Shown: positions 1 through 11,733 of the stretch, piece after piece
How the letters are laid out: each line of letters starts with the position of its first letter
Numbering within the stretch: the first letter of the stretch is position 1
Assembly: GCA_963731655.1 (NCBI GenBank)
Contig: CAVSWL010000003.1
Location: 24,443 to 88,442, forward strand
Length of the DNA stretch: 64,000 nucleotides
Direction of reading: 5' to 3'
Source of the DNA: an uncultured Gammaproteobacteria bacterium
GTDB taxonomy: Bacteria; Pseudomonadota; Gammaproteobacteria; JAAEPA01
Notes under the pieces: generated by a model
Databases searched by the model: none
Told to the model about the DNA's origin: nothing
Seen by the model: the letters and a program-made list of their open reading frames with translations, nothing else
Position numbers and translations under genes: made by a program

Positions 1-1296
1 ACCCCGCTTGGGATGCTGCCAGCGCAGCAGAGCCTCGACTGCCCGGATCCTGCCATCAGGCGTCACCTGGGGCTGATAGTGGACCTCAAACTGCTTTTCC
101 GCACAGGCGACGCGAAGCTCCGTCTCCAGCTCCAGCTTGCGCCGGACTTCCTCCTGCATGGCTGGCTGAAAGAAGCGCAGTTGATTGTGACCACTACCCT
201 TAGCTTGGTACATCGCGGTGTCGGCCTGGCGGACAACATCGTGAACACCGTCGTTGGGCTGAAACGGGTACACCGTGATTCCGACGCTCACCGACATCTG
301 GATATCATGACCCAAGACTGTGAAAGGTTCGATTAGCGGCTCGATGATGTGCTTGGCGAAATGTTGTGCCTTGGATGCCATCGCCCTGCTGCTTGTATCC
401 TGTTCGGAGAGGAGGATAACAAATTCGTCACCGCCCATCCGCACCAGCAGGTCCTCGCGGCGCATATATTTTCGTAACCGCTCCGCAAACTTCACCAGCA
501 GCTGGTCCCCGGCCTGATGACCGAGGGAGTCGTTTACGTACTTGAAACGGTCCATGTCCATAAACAGGAGCGCGCCATAGCGATGATAGCGCCGCGACAG
601 GGCCAGGGCTGTTTCTAGCCTATCGTACAAATTGGCGCGGTTAGGCAGGCCGGTGAGGGCGTCATGAAAAGCCTGAAAGTGAATCTGCTCTTCGGACTGC
701 TTGAGCACCGTCACATCGCTGACGACCACCAGCAGGGTTTCTTCCCAACCGATCCGGCGGCGACCGCCGTGGGCGGACTCATTCGCAGCGATCCTGCGGC
801 CCTGGATGCGGCCGACGAAGCCGGATGCGCATTCGTTTCCGGCCCGTCGCCGAAAACGCACATCGATGTGTTTATTGGTAGGATTGCGGGCGAAGGCCTT
901 GAATCGACCACGAAACAGATCGCGGTCCTGCGGTTCCATGAATTCCACCAACGCTTGTCCGAACATATCTTCCTGTTCCATTCCGAGCAGGTGCGCTAGG
1001 GTGTCGTTGGCGCGCAGAATCAGGCCTGCGTCATCGAGGCTAGCATAGCCGACGGGTGCTTCGTTATATAGATTGAAATACTGCTGACGCGCGAATTCGA
1101 GCTGTCCCTGAACCTGGCGCAATTCCTCGTTCTGCAGTTCCAGTTCGATTTGGTGCACTTGCAGTTCCTGGAGAAGTTGCTCGCGGTCCGCGGGTTTACA
1201 CGTGCGCAATTCCTCCATCCGTTGCCGAATCTTGCGTTCCACTTCCATGAATAGGAAACACTCCTCACAGCGAGCTTTGCGGGTCCGGTCATCCAT
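1..1296 (-). CDS. PAS-GGDEF-EAL signalling protein (3' end runs off the window)
   Basis: Absent from the ORF track because no stop lies inside the window. My reverse-strand translation from ATG 1296..1294 stays open to position 1. It reads a coiled coil plus PAS-like part, RMGGDEFVILL (GGDEF), then EVHYQPQV..EALLRWQHP (start of EAL). Confidence 0.85.
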   Translation of the reverse strand, partial: MDDRTRKARCEECFLFMEVERKIRQRMEELRTCKPADREQLLQELQVHQIELELQNEELRQVQGQLEFARQQYFNLYNEAPVGYASLDDAGLILRANDTLAHLLGMEQEDMFGQALVEFMEPQDRDLFRGRFKAFARNPTNKHIDVRFRRRAGNECASGFVGRIQGRRIAANESAHGGRRRIGWEETLLVVVSDVTVLKQSEEQIHFQAFHDALTGLPNRANLYDRLETALALSRRYHRYGALLFMDMDRFKYVNDSLGHQAGDQLLVKFAERLRKYMRREDLLVRMGGDEFVILLSEQDTSSRAMASKAQHFAKHIIEPLIEPFTVLGHDIQMSVSVGITVYPFQPNDGVHDVVRQADTAMYQAKGSGHNQLRFFQPAMQEEVRRKLELETELRVACAEKQFEVHYQPQVTPDGRIRAVEALLRWQHPKRG

Positions 1297-1305
1297 TGCG
1301 AGTGA

Positions 1306-3027
1306 CTACTTCTCTTCCGGTGGGTAAAGCAAACCCACGAACCAGTAGCGGCCGGCAACGATCATGTCGGCGACTGAAAGCATCAGCGGCACCAAGAAAC
1401 CGCTCTTGTGCCGCGCCATCACGCGCCGGTTTTTACCTATGACTTGAGGCTCGCCTCCCCCGAGATAACGGCTGATATAGCTGGCGTGCTGCTCGGCGAT
1501 CTCCGCCGGCATCAGTTTGGTGACATTTTCGCCCAGCAGTTCCTCCGGAGCATAACCCAACAGCTTGCAAATCGCTGGATTGAACTCTTCGATACGGCCC
1601 TCCGAGTCGATCAGGACATAGCCGTCCGGGATGACATTGAGTAACGTGGCCATGCGTGTCTCGCGCTCACTCAACTCACTCTGGGCCTTGCGTAAACCAC
1701 TGACATTGACGAAGGAGAACACCAAGCCTGAATAGATTTTCGGGGTAATTTGATAGGGGAGCACCCGCAACCGATAGTGTTCACCGCCCATAGTGCGCAC
1801 ATCCAGTTGGTAGGGTTTTTCGTCCGTTTGCACCTGTGCAGCGAGCTCCATCACATTCACATTCTCCATTCTGTGGGCTAGATAGCTCAGCGGGCGGCCG
1901 ATGTCTTGCTCCATGATGTGGAAAATCTCGGCAATCTCGGGCGTAAAACGGCGAATATCGAGATTTTCGTCTACGAATAAGGTGGCGACTCGGGTATTGC
2001 GCAGCAGGTTATCAAGGTCGTTGTTAGCCTCGGTCAACTCGGTGATCTTCCTCTGGTATTCGGAATTGACCGTATAGAGCTCTTCATTGACCGATTGCAG
2101 CTCCTCGTTGGTGCTCTGCAGCTCTTCATTGCTGGCCAGTAGCTCCTCGTTGGTCGCCTGCAGTTCCTCATTGGAAGTTTCGAGTTCTTCCACGGTAGCC
2201 TGCAGATTTTCGCGGGTGAACTGAAGCTCGTTCTCCAGGTCGCTGATACGTTGTTGCGCCTCGCGGCCTACATCGTAGACTTCCAACCGAGCGTGCCGCG
2301 CGCCTGGAGTGCTGTGAACCTCTTCGATGAACACCGCAATCAACTGCGCCTGGCCTTGCCTGACGGAAAGCGGCTTGAGGCGCAGGTTCACCGTTCGACG
2401 TTCCTTGCCCCCGTACGGTTTGTTCAGATAGATGTTGGAATAGGTCAGTTCCTGCTTGTTCCTGAGCACCTTCTGAAGTCCCGTAGCCAGCGGAATGGCC
2501 AGGTACTTATTGACAAGCTTGGAGATGTCATTGATCACCTTGCCGGGAGGAAAGCGTAGATGGTCGCTGGCGTCACCCACCACATGCAGTAGCTCCAGGC
2601 TCTCGCTAACCACCATCGTGAACGGCAGGTAATCGCCGGCGATACCTTCCATCAGGCGCTCCAGCAAACGTTCCTCTTCGTGCACGCGCAGGGCCGTGTC
2701 ACAGCCCGCAAGCCGGATCGAGCTGCGCCCGCGGATCGCATCAAGACGGAGCGCAGGATCGGAGACCTCGGTGGTTTGCGGCCGCCGTCCCCGCGAGCGG
2801 TAAATTCTCCACTTGTGGTCCAAAGGCTCGAAGTAGTCCGCCATCTCCCCGGTGGCTTCGCTGCTGCCAAGGAATAAAACGCCCTGGGGATTGAGCGCGA
2901 AATTAAGCAGATCCAACACGCGTTTCTGCAGCACCGGCTGCAAATAGATCATCAGATTCCGGCAGCTGATGAGGTCGATGTTGGAAAACGGCGGGTCCTT
3001 TATCAGATTGTGCTGCGCAAATACCAC
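1306..3027 (-). CDS. 3' fragment of frameshifted CheB/CheR fusion: rest of CheR methyltransferase, NEEL coiled coil, PAS domains
   Basis: 573-aa ORF starting inside the CheR fold ([28 protein letters not shown]). Coiled coil [37 protein letters not shown], then two PAS-like segments. The frame is open upstream to ~3066 ([15 protein letters not shown]). Confidence 0.85.
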   Translation of the reverse strand: MVFAQHNLIKDPPFSNIDLISCRNLMIYLQPVLQKRVLDLLNFALNPQGVLFLGSSEATGEMADYFEPLDHKWRIYRSRGRRPQTTEVSDPALRLDAIRGRSSIRLAGCDTALRVHEEERLLERLMEGIAGDYLPFTMVVSESLELLHVVGDASDHLRFPPGKVINDISKLVNKYLAIPLATGLQKVLRNKQELTYSNIYLNKPYGGKERRTVNLRLKPLSVRQGQAQLIAVFIEEVHSTPGARHARLEVYDVGREAQQRISDLENELQFTRENLQATVEELETSNEELQATNEELLASNEELQSTNEELQSVNEELYTVNSEYQRKITELTEANNDLDNLLRNTRVATLFVDENLDIRRFTPEIAEIFHIMEQDIGRPLSYLAHRMENVNVMELAAQVQTDEKPYQLDVRTMGGEHYRLRVLPYQITPKIYSGLVFSFVNVSGLRKAQSELSERETRMATLLNVIPDGYVLIDSEGRIEEFNPAICKLLGYAPEELLGENVTKLMPAEIAEQHASYISRYLGGGEPQVIGKNRRVMARHKSGFLVPLMLSVADMIVAGRYWFVGLLYPPEEK

Positions 3028-4258
3028 CAGTTCGCGGACCTGGCGTTTGATCTGAAAACCACCGTTTTTTATGGAAAAAGTATTTGGACAACAGTCCGGG
3101 AGCTATTTCAGCTACGGCGCTTTCGGCATAAACGCCGGCGCCAGCCTCGACGATGGCGTCCCGGTCCGCGTCGGTAGCGAAGATCTTGACGTCCAAATGC
3201 AGGCCTTCACGCTCCAAGGTTTCCAGCGCGAGCATGGCAAGGCTGTAGGCCTCCTCGCCGGTGGAGCAGCCCGCTACCCACATGCGCAGCGTTTTGTCCT
3301 TGGCTTCCCTCGCAAGCATGGGGAGAAACTTCATTGCGAGCTGATCGAACGCTTGCGGGTCACGAAAGAAACTCGTGACACCGATCAGCAGATCCTTGTG
3401 CAGACGATTGAGCTCGGCAGTGTGGCTCTCCAGATAGCGCACATAGTCGTCCAGTTCGTGGATCTGATTGACCGCCATGCGCCGATCAATGCGGCGAATA
3501 ATGGTGGACGGCTTATAGTAAGTGAAGTCGACTTTGTTACGTTCGCGCAGCAGGGCGAAGATACGTGTGAGACCGTTCTCATCGCTCAGCAAGGCGCTGG
3601 ACACCTCGTTCTTGGTGGTGTAGGGGTGCTTGAGATAAGCAAGCAGTTGTCGCGGCATGTCCGTCGGAGGCAGTGCGAAGTCCACCACACCGGTGGCGAT
3701 GGCGCTGCGAGGCATGCCGTCGAAGGCCGCGCTCTCCTCGGTCTGCACCATAACCATACCCAACTCCTCTTTGATGACGCGGATGCCGCTGGTGCCATCG
3801 CTGCCGGTGCCCGAGAGCACGATGGCGATGGCCTTGGCCCCCTGATCCGCCGCCAACGAGCGAAAAAAGATATCGATCGGCAGATTAATGCCGCGCGCCT
3901 GGCGGTCTTGTTCGGAGACAAGCAACCGGCCATGAAACAGGCGCAAATTCTTGTTGGGTGAAATTAAATAGACGTTGTCGCGCTCCACCAACATGCCGTC
4001 CTCGGCGCGATGAACCGGCATGAGCGTGCGTTTCGACAGCAGCTCGACCATGAGGCTTTTGTGGTCGGGCGATAGGTGCTGGATAACCACGAAGGCAACC
4101 CCGCTTTCGGGCGGCATCGTTTTAAAGAAGGCCTCGATGGCTTCCAACCCGCCAGCGGAGACGCCGATGCCGACGATGTGGGTGGGCTTGCGTGACCCAT
4201 TCATTTCGGGTACGGACCCGACAGGCTGTTCTACGTCTGACATCCGCTCATTCGTCAT
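2903..4258 (-). CDS. 5' fragment of frameshifted CheB/CheR fusion: CheB methylesterase plus N-terminal part of CheR
   Basis: 451-aa ORF with GIGVSAGGLEAIEAFF and SGTGSDG (CheB-type), then FFRDPQAF..RMWVAGCSTGEEAYSLA (CheR SAM site). The tail after ..KYFFHK is out of frame, following the T6 run at 3065-3070. Confidence 0.85.
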   Translation of the reverse strand: MTNERMSDVEQPVGSVPEMNGSRKPTHIVGIGVSAGGLEAIEAFFKTMPPESGVAFVVIQHLSPDHKSLMVELLSKRTLMPVHRAEDGMLVERDNVYLISPNKNLRLFHGRLLVSEQDRQARGINLPIDIFFRSLAADQGAKAIAIVLSGTGSDGTSGIRVIKEELGMVMVQTEESAAFDGMPRSAIATGVVDFALPPTDMPRQLLAYLKHPYTTKNEVSSALLSDENGLTRIFALLRERNKVDFTYYKPSTIIRRIDRRMAVNQIHELDDYVRYLESHTAELNRLHKDLLIGVTSFFRDPQAFDQLAMKFLPMLAREAKDKTLRMWVAGCSTGEEAYSLAMLALETLEREGLHLDVKIFATDADRDAIVEAGAGVYAESAVAEIAPGLLSKYFFHKKRWFSDQTPGPRTGGICAAQSDKGPAVFQHRPHQLPESDDLFAAGAAETRVGSA

Positions 4259-4645
4259 GATGTTGACTCCAGCCCCAGGTGCCTAACCAAGCTCAGGTGA
4301 TGCTAACTAGAAACTATTCAGCTCCGCCGGAAAATATCGAGGTGCCGAATATCATAGATATCGGAAGGAAGAGGCAGAAGATCCTTTGTCATAGACCCTC
4401 TAATAGAGGGTTTGACTATACCCAAGCTACTTAGGACTGTCAATCGCACGGATCAGTAATCTGACGCTGGGACTTTGCCGGTTCCATTCGGAGGTACGGC
4501 CAATACCGCGGCTGACCCTGTCCAGCAATAAACGACCACTCCAAATTTCACCTGATGCTTACGCTGGGAATGATCTACTGCCTAAACATGTGTATAATCA
4601 TTTTCTAAAATATGAATTTAACTAGGACCCTATTTTAGAGCACCT

Positions 4646-5338
4646 ATGACAGAGGGAATTTCCGACGCTGTGAGTTTTGCCGTGAGCACTTTTCTGCTCG
4701 TGGGTTACCATCTCTACTTGCGTTTTCAGTTGCGCAAAAATCCTCACTATACCATCCAGGCTGTCAATCACGCTGCCCGAAGTGCTTGGGTGAAAGGCAT
4801 CATGGTCGATGAGTCGAAGAGTATTCTTGGGGTGCAAACGCTACGTAATTCGACTATGGCAGCCACTTTCCTGGCCTCAACCGCCGTGCTTCTTATTATC
4901 GGCACGCTCACCTTGAGTGAACAAACCGACAAGCTAGAAAGTACCTGGCAGTCACTCAACGTATTAGGTTCGACTCATCCTGGGCTATGGACCATCAAAC
5001 TGCTACTAATGTTATCGAATTTCTTTGTGGCGTTCTTCAGCTTCGCTATGTCCGTCCGACTCTACAACCATGTGGGTTATCATCTCAATGTCCCTATAAA
5101 GGGCCGCGCGCCATCCATCAATTCTAAAAGTGTTGCCGTCCTCCTTAATCGGGCGGGGTACTCCTATAGCCTAGGCATGCGGGCTTATTACTTCGCCGTA
5201 CCCTTGGTCTTCTGGTTGTTTGGCCCCCATTTCCTGGTGGCGGCCACGGTGGTGCTAATCGCCGTGCTGTATCATATTGACCGAGCACCCAGAGATACGG
5301 AAGATGGCACTAAATTGAACATTGGAGATGGCTTATGA
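4646..5338 (+). CDS. DUF599-like integral membrane protein
   Basis: 230 aa with several hydrophobic helices. NPHYTIQAVN..ARSAWV and VQTLRNSTMAATFLASTA recall DUF599 from memory. No HMM run. Confidence 0.55.
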   Translation: MTEGISDAVSFAVSTFLLVGYHLYLRFQLRKNPHYTIQAVNHAARSAWVKGIMVDESKSILGVQTLRNSTMAATFLASTAVLLIIGTLTLSEQTDKLESTWQSLNVLGSTHPGLWTIKLLLMLSNFFVAFFSFAMSVRLYNHVGYHLNVPIKGRAPSINSKSVAVLLNRAGYSYSLGMRAYYFAVPLVFWLFGPHFLVAATVVLIAVLYHIDRAPRDTEDGTKLNIGDGL

Positions 5339-5459
5339 GAAACCAAAGGAGCTTCACGATGCTTTTTGACTACGTATTTTTGACCCATTTTTGATCTTTC
5401 ATTAACCAGCTTGTGCTCCGAGGAGTCCGCATAGACATTCGGCAGGTTCCGCCGGCGAG

Positions 5460-6860
5460 TCAATCGCTTGTCCTGATCCCGTATTTCTGCACCCGATAGC
5501 GCAGCTTTTCACGAGTGGTGCCCAACACCCGAGCAGTCAGACTCACGTTGTCGGCATTGCGCGCCAGGGCTTCGATAAGAATGCTGCGTTCCATCGCATC
5601 GAGACTCAGGCTACCGTCCAAAGGAAGACTGATGCGGTCGCCTTCGGTGTGCGCACCGGTGCGCGTCGCGGTATCTGCCGGCAAGCTTTCGCCCAGATGC
5701 AGCCAGCGCTCGGGAAATTCCGGGCCATCGGCGAGCAATACACAGCGTTCCACCAGATTACGCAGTTCGCGCACGTTACCCGGCCATTTATAAGGACCGA
5801 GACGCCGCCATACAGAAGGCGGGACGGTCTCCACTCGTTGTTCGGAGCGCGCATTGAATTCGCTGATGAACACGGGCAGCAAGTCTTCCAGATCCTCCTT
5901 ACGGCTCCGCAGGGTGGGGATCGCAAGCCGGAACACCGCCAAACGATGGTACAGATCGGGGCGAAACTCGCCTTCGGCCACTCGCTGCTCTAGGCTCTGA
6001 TTAGTAGCGGCGATCACTTGCACGTCCACGTCCAACTCCCGATCGCCGCCGACTCGGCGCACTCGGCGGTCTTCAATCGCTTTGAGCAGCTTGGCTTGTA
6101 GGTCGAGCTCTAGCTCGCCCAGTTCGTCCAGAAATAGGGTACCGCCGACCGCCTGTTCGATCAGCCCGCGCCGACGTCCCTTAGCACCGGTGAAAGCACC
6201 CGCCTCGTGGCCAAATAGCTCGGCTTCCATCAGTTCTCTGGGGAGCGCGGCGCAATTGATCTCCACCAACGGTCCCGAAGCACGTGGCCCAGTATGGTGT
6301 AGAATGCGCGCCGCTAAGCCTTTGCCTGTCCCCGTCTCGCCAGTGATGAGTAAGGCCGAGAAGGGAATCCGGGCGAGCCTTGCGAGCATATCACGGACTT
6401 CTTGTGCGGCCGGGCTGTGACCAATGAAGGCGGCTGGTGAATACCGGCTGCCACGGGCACGCTCCTCATCCCGCAATCTCCGTTGCGCGCGGGCGCTGCG
6501 AGCAGCGCCCGCCACCACAATCTCCAACCGCTCCTGATCGCAAGGCTTTTCCAGAAAATCGAAAGCCCCTAGCTTGAGCGCCCGCACCGACTCCGGCACC
6601 CCACCGTAAGCGGTAAGAAAAATCCACTCTCCCGGCACGCCCCGAGCACGCACCTTCGCCAACAGGTCCAAGGCGTTACCATCGGGCAAGTTCATATCCG
6701 AAAGTACGACCAAGGGTTCCAGATTACGCTCCAGCAACAGCCGTTCAGCTTCCGCCAGCTCGGCGACTAGCACGGCATCCCAGCCTTCCGAGTGAAACTC
6801 CTCGCGCAACTCTCTACCGAGCAGACGCTCATCTTCGATTACCATCAACACATCAGACAT
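5460..6860 (-). CDS. sigma-54-dependent response regulator (NtrC family)
   Basis: REC domain, AAA+ activator motifs (GETGTGKGLAARILH, ELFGHEAGAFTGA) and a C-terminal Fis-type HTH. Confidence 0.9.
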   Translation of the reverse strand: MSDVLMVIEDERLLGRELREEFHSEGWDAVLVAELAEAERLLLERNLEPLVVLSDMNLPDGNALDLLAKVRARGVPGEWIFLTAYGGVPESVRALKLGAFDFLEKPCDQERLEIVVAGAARSARAQRRLRDEERARGSRYSPAAFIGHSPAAQEVRDMLARLARIPFSALLITGETGTGKGLAARILHHTGPRASGPLVEINCAALPRELMEAELFGHEAGAFTGAKGRRRGLIEQAVGGTLFLDELGELELDLQAKLLKAIEDRRVRRVGGDRELDVDVQVIAATNQSLEQRVAEGEFRPDLYHRLAVFRLAIPTLRSRKEDLEDLLPVFISEFNARSEQRVETVPPSVWRRLGPYKWPGNVRELRNLVERCVLLADGPEFPERWLHLGESLPADTATRTGAHTEGDRISLPLDGSLSLDAMERSILIEALARNADNVSLTARVLGTTREKLRYRVQKYGIRTSD

Positions 6861-8343
6861 CGATTTCGTTTCCTAACGTGCTAGCGACTTTACAGGATAG
6901 CCGCAAGCTCACCTGTGCACCGTGCGGTTGCCGGTTCGTAAGTTCCAATTCGCCATCATGATCCCTCACAAAACGGCGCACCATGGCGAGCCCCAAGCCT
7001 GTCCCTCCAGCCCGACCCGTGGCGAAAGGCCGAATACCCGCGCGCAGCATCTCTTCGGGAAAACCCGAACCATCGTCAATTACGCTTATGGCCACGCGGC
7101 TATCTTGGCGCACACCCGCCACCGTGACATGGCCCGTATCGCCGAGGACCTGAACGGCATTCAGCACCAAGTTCAACAACGCCTGCCGCAACTCGGCGGC
7201 CGGCAGTAAGCAGTTTAAGTCTTCCGGAACCTGCGCTTCTAAAGTGATCCCTTCGGGAATCTGATAGCGGATTAAGGCAAGCAGCTCGTTAACCAGTGAA
7301 CCGACGCTGATCACCGCCAAGGGTTCCGGCGCATGGTACGCGGCGTCCAGCTGTTCTGTCAGTAAGTTATTAACGCGTTTCAGCTCGGTGACCACCGAAG
7401 CTATTCGTGCGGCGTGTTCGCCATCGCTTAATGTGCGGTGCAGTTTAATACAAGCCATTTGTATTCCCGCCAAAGGATTGCGCAGCTCATGAGCCAGTCC
7501 GGCGGATATCGCGCCGACCGCGGCCAGGCGCTCCGCCCGAGCCAGCTCCCGACTCTGGGCCAGCAGCGCTTCGGTCGCCTTACGTACTTTGTGCTCCAGG
7601 GTATGTTCCCGATCCCGGTGTTCGATTTCCAGTTCCTGAAGGCGCATCACCAGTGCGTTGTAATTGTGGAATGCGGGCTGAGCCAGCTTGTCGATACTTT
7701 TCAACACGTGAACCGGAACCGGTTGATAGTCCCGCGCCGCCAAACGCTTGAGCAATTCTTCAAGATCTTTCAGCGGCTGCTCGACACGGCGCTGCAACAC
7801 GTACATTGCGGTACTGCCGCCTAGAGGCAAAACCACGAGCAGGACCACAGATAGGCGCAGCTCGGTCTCGGCATCCCGGGTTACGTCCAGCAACAACCGA
7901 TTGTGCCGTTCGCGCTCTCCCGCTAAAATTTGTCGTACTTGTGCCAGTGCCTCAAACAGGATTTCCAATGGATCAAGACGCGGCTCGGTGAGCTGCTCGG
8001 CGATAAGAGTGAGTCCACGTCGGGTATAGGGATGCAGGGCGCCTTGGAGAGAAGCGATTTCACGCACCTTATTCCGTAATTGCTCTACTTCCGTCGGGTC
8101 GACACGCGTACCGCGCAGCCCCTTGAGCAAGGTTTGCTCTATGTTCAATTCCAAGTTTTGAATGCGTGCGATGTGCACCAGATGGTTCTGCACCGGCTGC
8201 AGCCGATCCAAGCTACGCCACGACATGGCGACCAGAGCAGCCAATACCGCCAACGCTAGGATCGTGAATAGCCCGAGCGGCAACCAGAACAGGCGCCGCA
8301 TTAACAAGTAATAAGTAATGGACTCCCCCTTTACCGCGGGCAT
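6853..8343 (-). CDS. sensor histidine kinase
   Basis: N-terminal TM segment, H-box GLAHELRNPLAGI, HATPase motifs (DDGSGFP, GTGLGLAMV). It overlaps the downstream regulator by 8 nt. Confidence 0.85.
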   Translation of the reverse strand: MPAVKGESITYYLLMRRLFWLPLGLFTILALAVLAALVAMSWRSLDRLQPVQNHLVHIARIQNLELNIEQTLLKGLRGTRVDPTEVEQLRNKVREIASLQGALHPYTRRGLTLIAEQLTEPRLDPLEILFEALAQVRQILAGERERHNRLLLDVTRDAETELRLSVVLLVVLPLGGSTAMYVLQRRVEQPLKDLEELLKRLAARDYQPVPVHVLKSIDKLAQPAFHNYNALVMRLQELEIEHRDREHTLEHKVRKATEALLAQSRELARAERLAAVGAISAGLAHELRNPLAGIQMACIKLHRTLSDGEHAARIASVVTELKRVNNLLTEQLDAAYHAPEPLAVISVGSLVNELLALIRYQIPEGITLEAQVPEDLNCLLPAAELRQALLNLVLNAVQVLGDTGHVTVAGVRQDSRVAISVIDDGSGFPEEMLRAGIRPFATGRAGGTGLGLAMVRRFVRDHDGELELTNRQPHGAQVSLRLSCKVASTLGNEIDV

Positions 8344-8991
8344 CGCGGGGTTTCCTCAGCATTCAGATGCTGGCACAAATCCAACGTTCCGCTCGACCCG
8401 TGGTCGTTTCGAATCACTGTCTTTTTCAAAGATCGGACCATTTCGTCCTCCCGTCACAAACGCTTTAGAAAGTTCAACAAGCAAGCGCCATACCATGGAA
8501 ACCATACACGTGCCATCGCAGCAGCGGATAGCAACGACTTAAGTACCGCGGCTCATTGCACCCAGTATTGGGGCAAATCAACCAATAATTGCGACAAGAG
8601 TGTCCCCCTCAGTCATGACGAATCCGCGACTGGTGGAGAGAGTAGACTCCTTGTTGAAAGCTTGGACGACACATACCCATGAGATACGCAAGACATCACA
8701 ATGGTTGGCCAATTGTAGGGATCGAAAAAAGAGGAATAGTCCGAAACTCGAACACTGATTTTCACCAACGACAGAAGTCATTCGGTTTTCCTCAAAACCT
8801 AAGAATAACCTCTTCTGCGAATGCGAGGGGTTTACGCGACGCAGCCGAAAAGGCGTGGAAAGCCTACTCGTGTCATTGTATCGATAAGTGTATCGATAAG
8901 GTGTGCTCCACTATGGAATCTACTCCATGAATAGATTTTGGCGTACTCGAAACACCCGCGACAAACTGACGAGAGGATTAAGTTCGGCTAT

Positions 8992-11529
8992 TCACGTGGC
9001 ATGATCGAGCTTAGCTCGTGAATCGCCGGAACGGACCGAGAGCTCCTCAGCTTCTCGGTCTCGCGCTGATGTGTCCTCAGCCAGTCGAGTCGGGCGAAGC
9101 CGCCGTAGGCGTAGGCTGTTTGTCACCACAAACAAGCTGGACAAACCCATAGCTGCGCCCGCAACCATGGGGTCTAGATACCAACCAAAGGCTGGATAGA
9201 GCAAGCCGGCGGCCAGCGGTATCAATAATATATTGTAGAAAAAGGCCCAGAATAAATTACCGCGAATCGTGCGCAGCGTGTGGCGCGCCGCTTCAAGAGC
9301 GGTAACCACCCCACCGAGATCGTTGCGGCTCAAGGTGATGTCCGCCGCTTCGATGGCAATATCGGTGCCGCTGCCGATAGCGATGCCCACTTCCGCCTGG
9401 GCGAGGGCGGGCGCATCGTTAATGCCGTCGCCAACAAAAGCGACCTTGCGGCCCTTCGACTGTAGCGTCGCCACGGCTGCGGCTTTATCTTCCGGGAGAA
9501 GCTCGGCTTCCAACTCGTCGATACCGCAACGCCGGGCGACGGTCTCGGCGGTACGACGGGTGTCGCCGGTCAGCATGACGACATGGATGCCACGCTTGCG
9601 CAAAGCGCCCACGACGTGAGGGGACTCCGCCTTGACGGGATCGGCTACGGCAAGTACGGCACGGGCCTCCCTGTCCACGGCCAGAAAGATCGGTGTCTTC
9701 CCCTCCTCCGCCAGGACTCGGGCCCGACCCGCCAGAGGCGCGATGTGGATACCCTCGCGCCGCATGAGGCGCTCGGCGCCCACCAGCACCCGCTGTCCAT
9801 CGATCCTGGCTTCGACGCCGTAACCAGGCAGGGCCTTGAAATCCTCTATCTCGGCAGCAGCCTGTCCCGCAGATTCAGCCGCCGCCACGATGGCGGCGGC
9901 TAAGGGATGCTCGCTACCGGACTCCACTCCGGCGGCCAAACGCAACGCCGCGCCGGTATCGCCGTCGACCGCTTCGAAATCGGTCAGTCGCGGTCGCCCT
10001 AGCGTCAGGGTTCCCGTCTTATCGAACACCAGGGTATCCACCCGGGACAACGCCTCCAACGATTCTCCTTTGCGAAACAGCACACCCAGCTCGGCGGCGC
10101 GTCCGCTGCCGACCATGATAGCCGCAGGAGTTGCCAGACCCATCGCGCAAGGACAGGCGACCACCAGTACGGCCACCGCGCTGATCAAGGCCTGGGTGAT
10201 GGCCGGGGGCGGACCGAACACCAGCCAAGCAATGAACGTTAGCAAGGCCGTAATAATGACCACCGGGGTAAACACCCGCACCACGCGGTCGGCCAGCCCC
10301 TGGATGGGCAATTTGGAGCCTTGGGCCCGTTCCACCAGGCGAATGATCCGGGCCAGCATGGTCTGGTTGCCAACCTGTTTGGCGGTGATTTTTAGAACAC
10401 CGTGCTGATTCAGCGTGCCACCCACGACTCGGTCGCCCTCACGCTTGGCGACCGGTGCGGGTTCGCCGGTCAACATGGCCTCGTCCACATAGCTTGTGCC
10501 CTCACTCACCTCACCATCGACCGGAATGCGCTCACCCGGACGTACCAAAAGCAGGTCACCCGGTTTAAGCTGGGCGATCGGGACCGACTGCTCGCGTCCC
10601 TCCCGCAGTACCCGAGCGCTCTTCGCCTGTAAGCCGATGAGTTTTTTAATAGCGATTGAGGTCCGGCCTTTGGCCACCGCTTCGAGATACTTGCCGAAGA
10701 GGATAATGGTGACGATCACCGCCGCCGAGTCGAAATACAGATGGCGGGCCTGCTCGGGAAACAGAGCCGGCCAGACCAAGACCATCATGCTGTAGATCCA
10801 AGCCGCGCCGGTGCCGCTCATCACCAAGCTGTTCATATCGGGTGAGAGGTGGCGGAAGGCAATCCAGCCGGGCCGGAAGAAACGGCGGCCAGGCCCGAAC
10901 AATACGGCGCTGGTGAGTACAGCCTCGGCCCAGTGCCATACCGCGGCCGGAGCTAGAGCCACCAAGGCATGTTCTAGACCGGGAGCGAAAATCGCACCCA
11001 TCGACAGCAACAATACCGGTAGGGTAAGCCCAACGGCAAGTCCGAGATCGCGACGCAAGGCGCGCCGTTCGGCCTCGCGTGCCAGGGTTTCGCGCCCATC
11101 GCCCGATGTCTCCTCTAAGACATACGATTCATAACCGGCTTTTTGTACCGCTCGCAGGATATCCTCTTGCTCCAATGCGGCAGGAAAATAACGAACACTG
11201 GCCCGTTCCGTGGCCAGATTAACGCTGGCCTCGATCATACCTGGCAACCGGGTCAAGGCTCGTTCTACACGGGACGAGCAGGCCGCGCAGCTCATACCCC
11301 CTACCCCGATTTCCCATTCAGCCGTCAACGGCGTATAGCCAATCTCGCGGATGGTCTCCACCAAATGTGCGGGGGCTGCTTCAGTTTCGTCATAACTGAT
11401 ACTGGCCCGCTCGGTAGCCAGATTGACGCTGACCTCTTCAATACCAGAAAGCTTGTCCAGCGCACGCTCCACCCGCCCCGCGCAAGAAGCGCAGGTCATG
11501 CCTTCGATACCGATTTCGATATGTGTCAT
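8992..11529 (-). CDS. copA: copper-translocating P1B-type ATPase
   Basis: Two HMA domains ([24 protein letters not shown]), a CPC membrane motif, DKTGTLT and GDGINDAP. Confidence 0.95.
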   Translation of the reverse strand: MTHIEIGIEGMTCASCAGRVERALDKLSGIEEVSVNLATERASISYDETEAAPAHLVETIREIGYTPLTAEWEIGVGGMSCAACSSRVERALTRLPGMIEASVNLATERASVRYFPAALEQEDILRAVQKAGYESYVLEETSGDGRETLAREAERRALRRDLGLAVGLTLPVLLLSMGAIFAPGLEHALVALAPAAVWHWAEAVLTSAVLFGPGRRFFRPGWIAFRHLSPDMNSLVMSGTGAAWIYSMMVLVWPALFPEQARHLYFDSAAVIVTIILFGKYLEAVAKGRTSIAIKKLIGLQAKSARVLREGREQSVPIAQLKPGDLLLVRPGERIPVDGEVSEGTSYVDEAMLTGEPAPVAKREGDRVVGGTLNQHGVLKITAKQVGNQTMLARIIRLVERAQGSKLPIQGLADRVVRVFTPVVIITALLTFIAWLVFGPPPAITQALISAVAVLVVACPCAMGLATPAAIMVGSGRAAELGVLFRKGESLEALSRVDTLVFDKTGTLTLGRPRLTDFEAVDGDTGAALRLAAGVESGSEHPLAAAIVAAAESAGQAAAEIEDFKALPGYGVEARIDGQRVLVGAERLMRREGIHIAPLAGRARVLAEEGKTPIFLAVDREARAVLAVADPVKAESPHVVGALRKRGIHVVMLTGDTRRTAETVARRCGIDELEAELLPEDKAAAVATLQSKGRKVAFVGDGINDAPALAQAEVGIAIGSGTDIAIEAADITLSRNDLGGVVTALEAARHTLRTIRGNLFWAFFYNILLIPLAAGLLYPAFGWYLDPMVAGAAMGLSSLFVVTNSLRLRRLRPTRLAEDTSARDREAEELSVRSGDSRAKLDHAT

Positions 11530-11733
11530 TTATCGCTCCTCAGCGCGGCGGCACGCCCGGCGTTTGTTAACATCAGTACTCATGTGTTGCGGGAATCATG
11601 GCATATCGCCATCGCGGCGCCCAGGAATGACATGAAATGAGCACCGTCCATGGCGAAATTCATGACATCCATCCCGGCGACGAAGTATAAGGGGGAGAAT
11701 TTTCGTCCGAGCCTTGGTTGGCTGGCACATCGA

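Noticed and set aside
3071-3961. 296-aa plus-strand ORF and several 60-115-aa ORFs overlapping the CheB/CheR gene
   Set aside because: They are antisense or alternative-frame shadows of a well-supported minus-strand gene, with low-complexity composition and no recognisable motifs.
8344-8991. ORFs of 67-83 aa in the gap between the kinase operon and copA
   Set aside because: No family resemblance, poor start contexts and odd composition. They are probably non-coding.
9269-11640. Plus-strand ORFs of 60-190 aa across copA
   Set aside because: They are shadow ORFs in a GC-rich gene whose minus-strand product has all P-type ATPase motifs.
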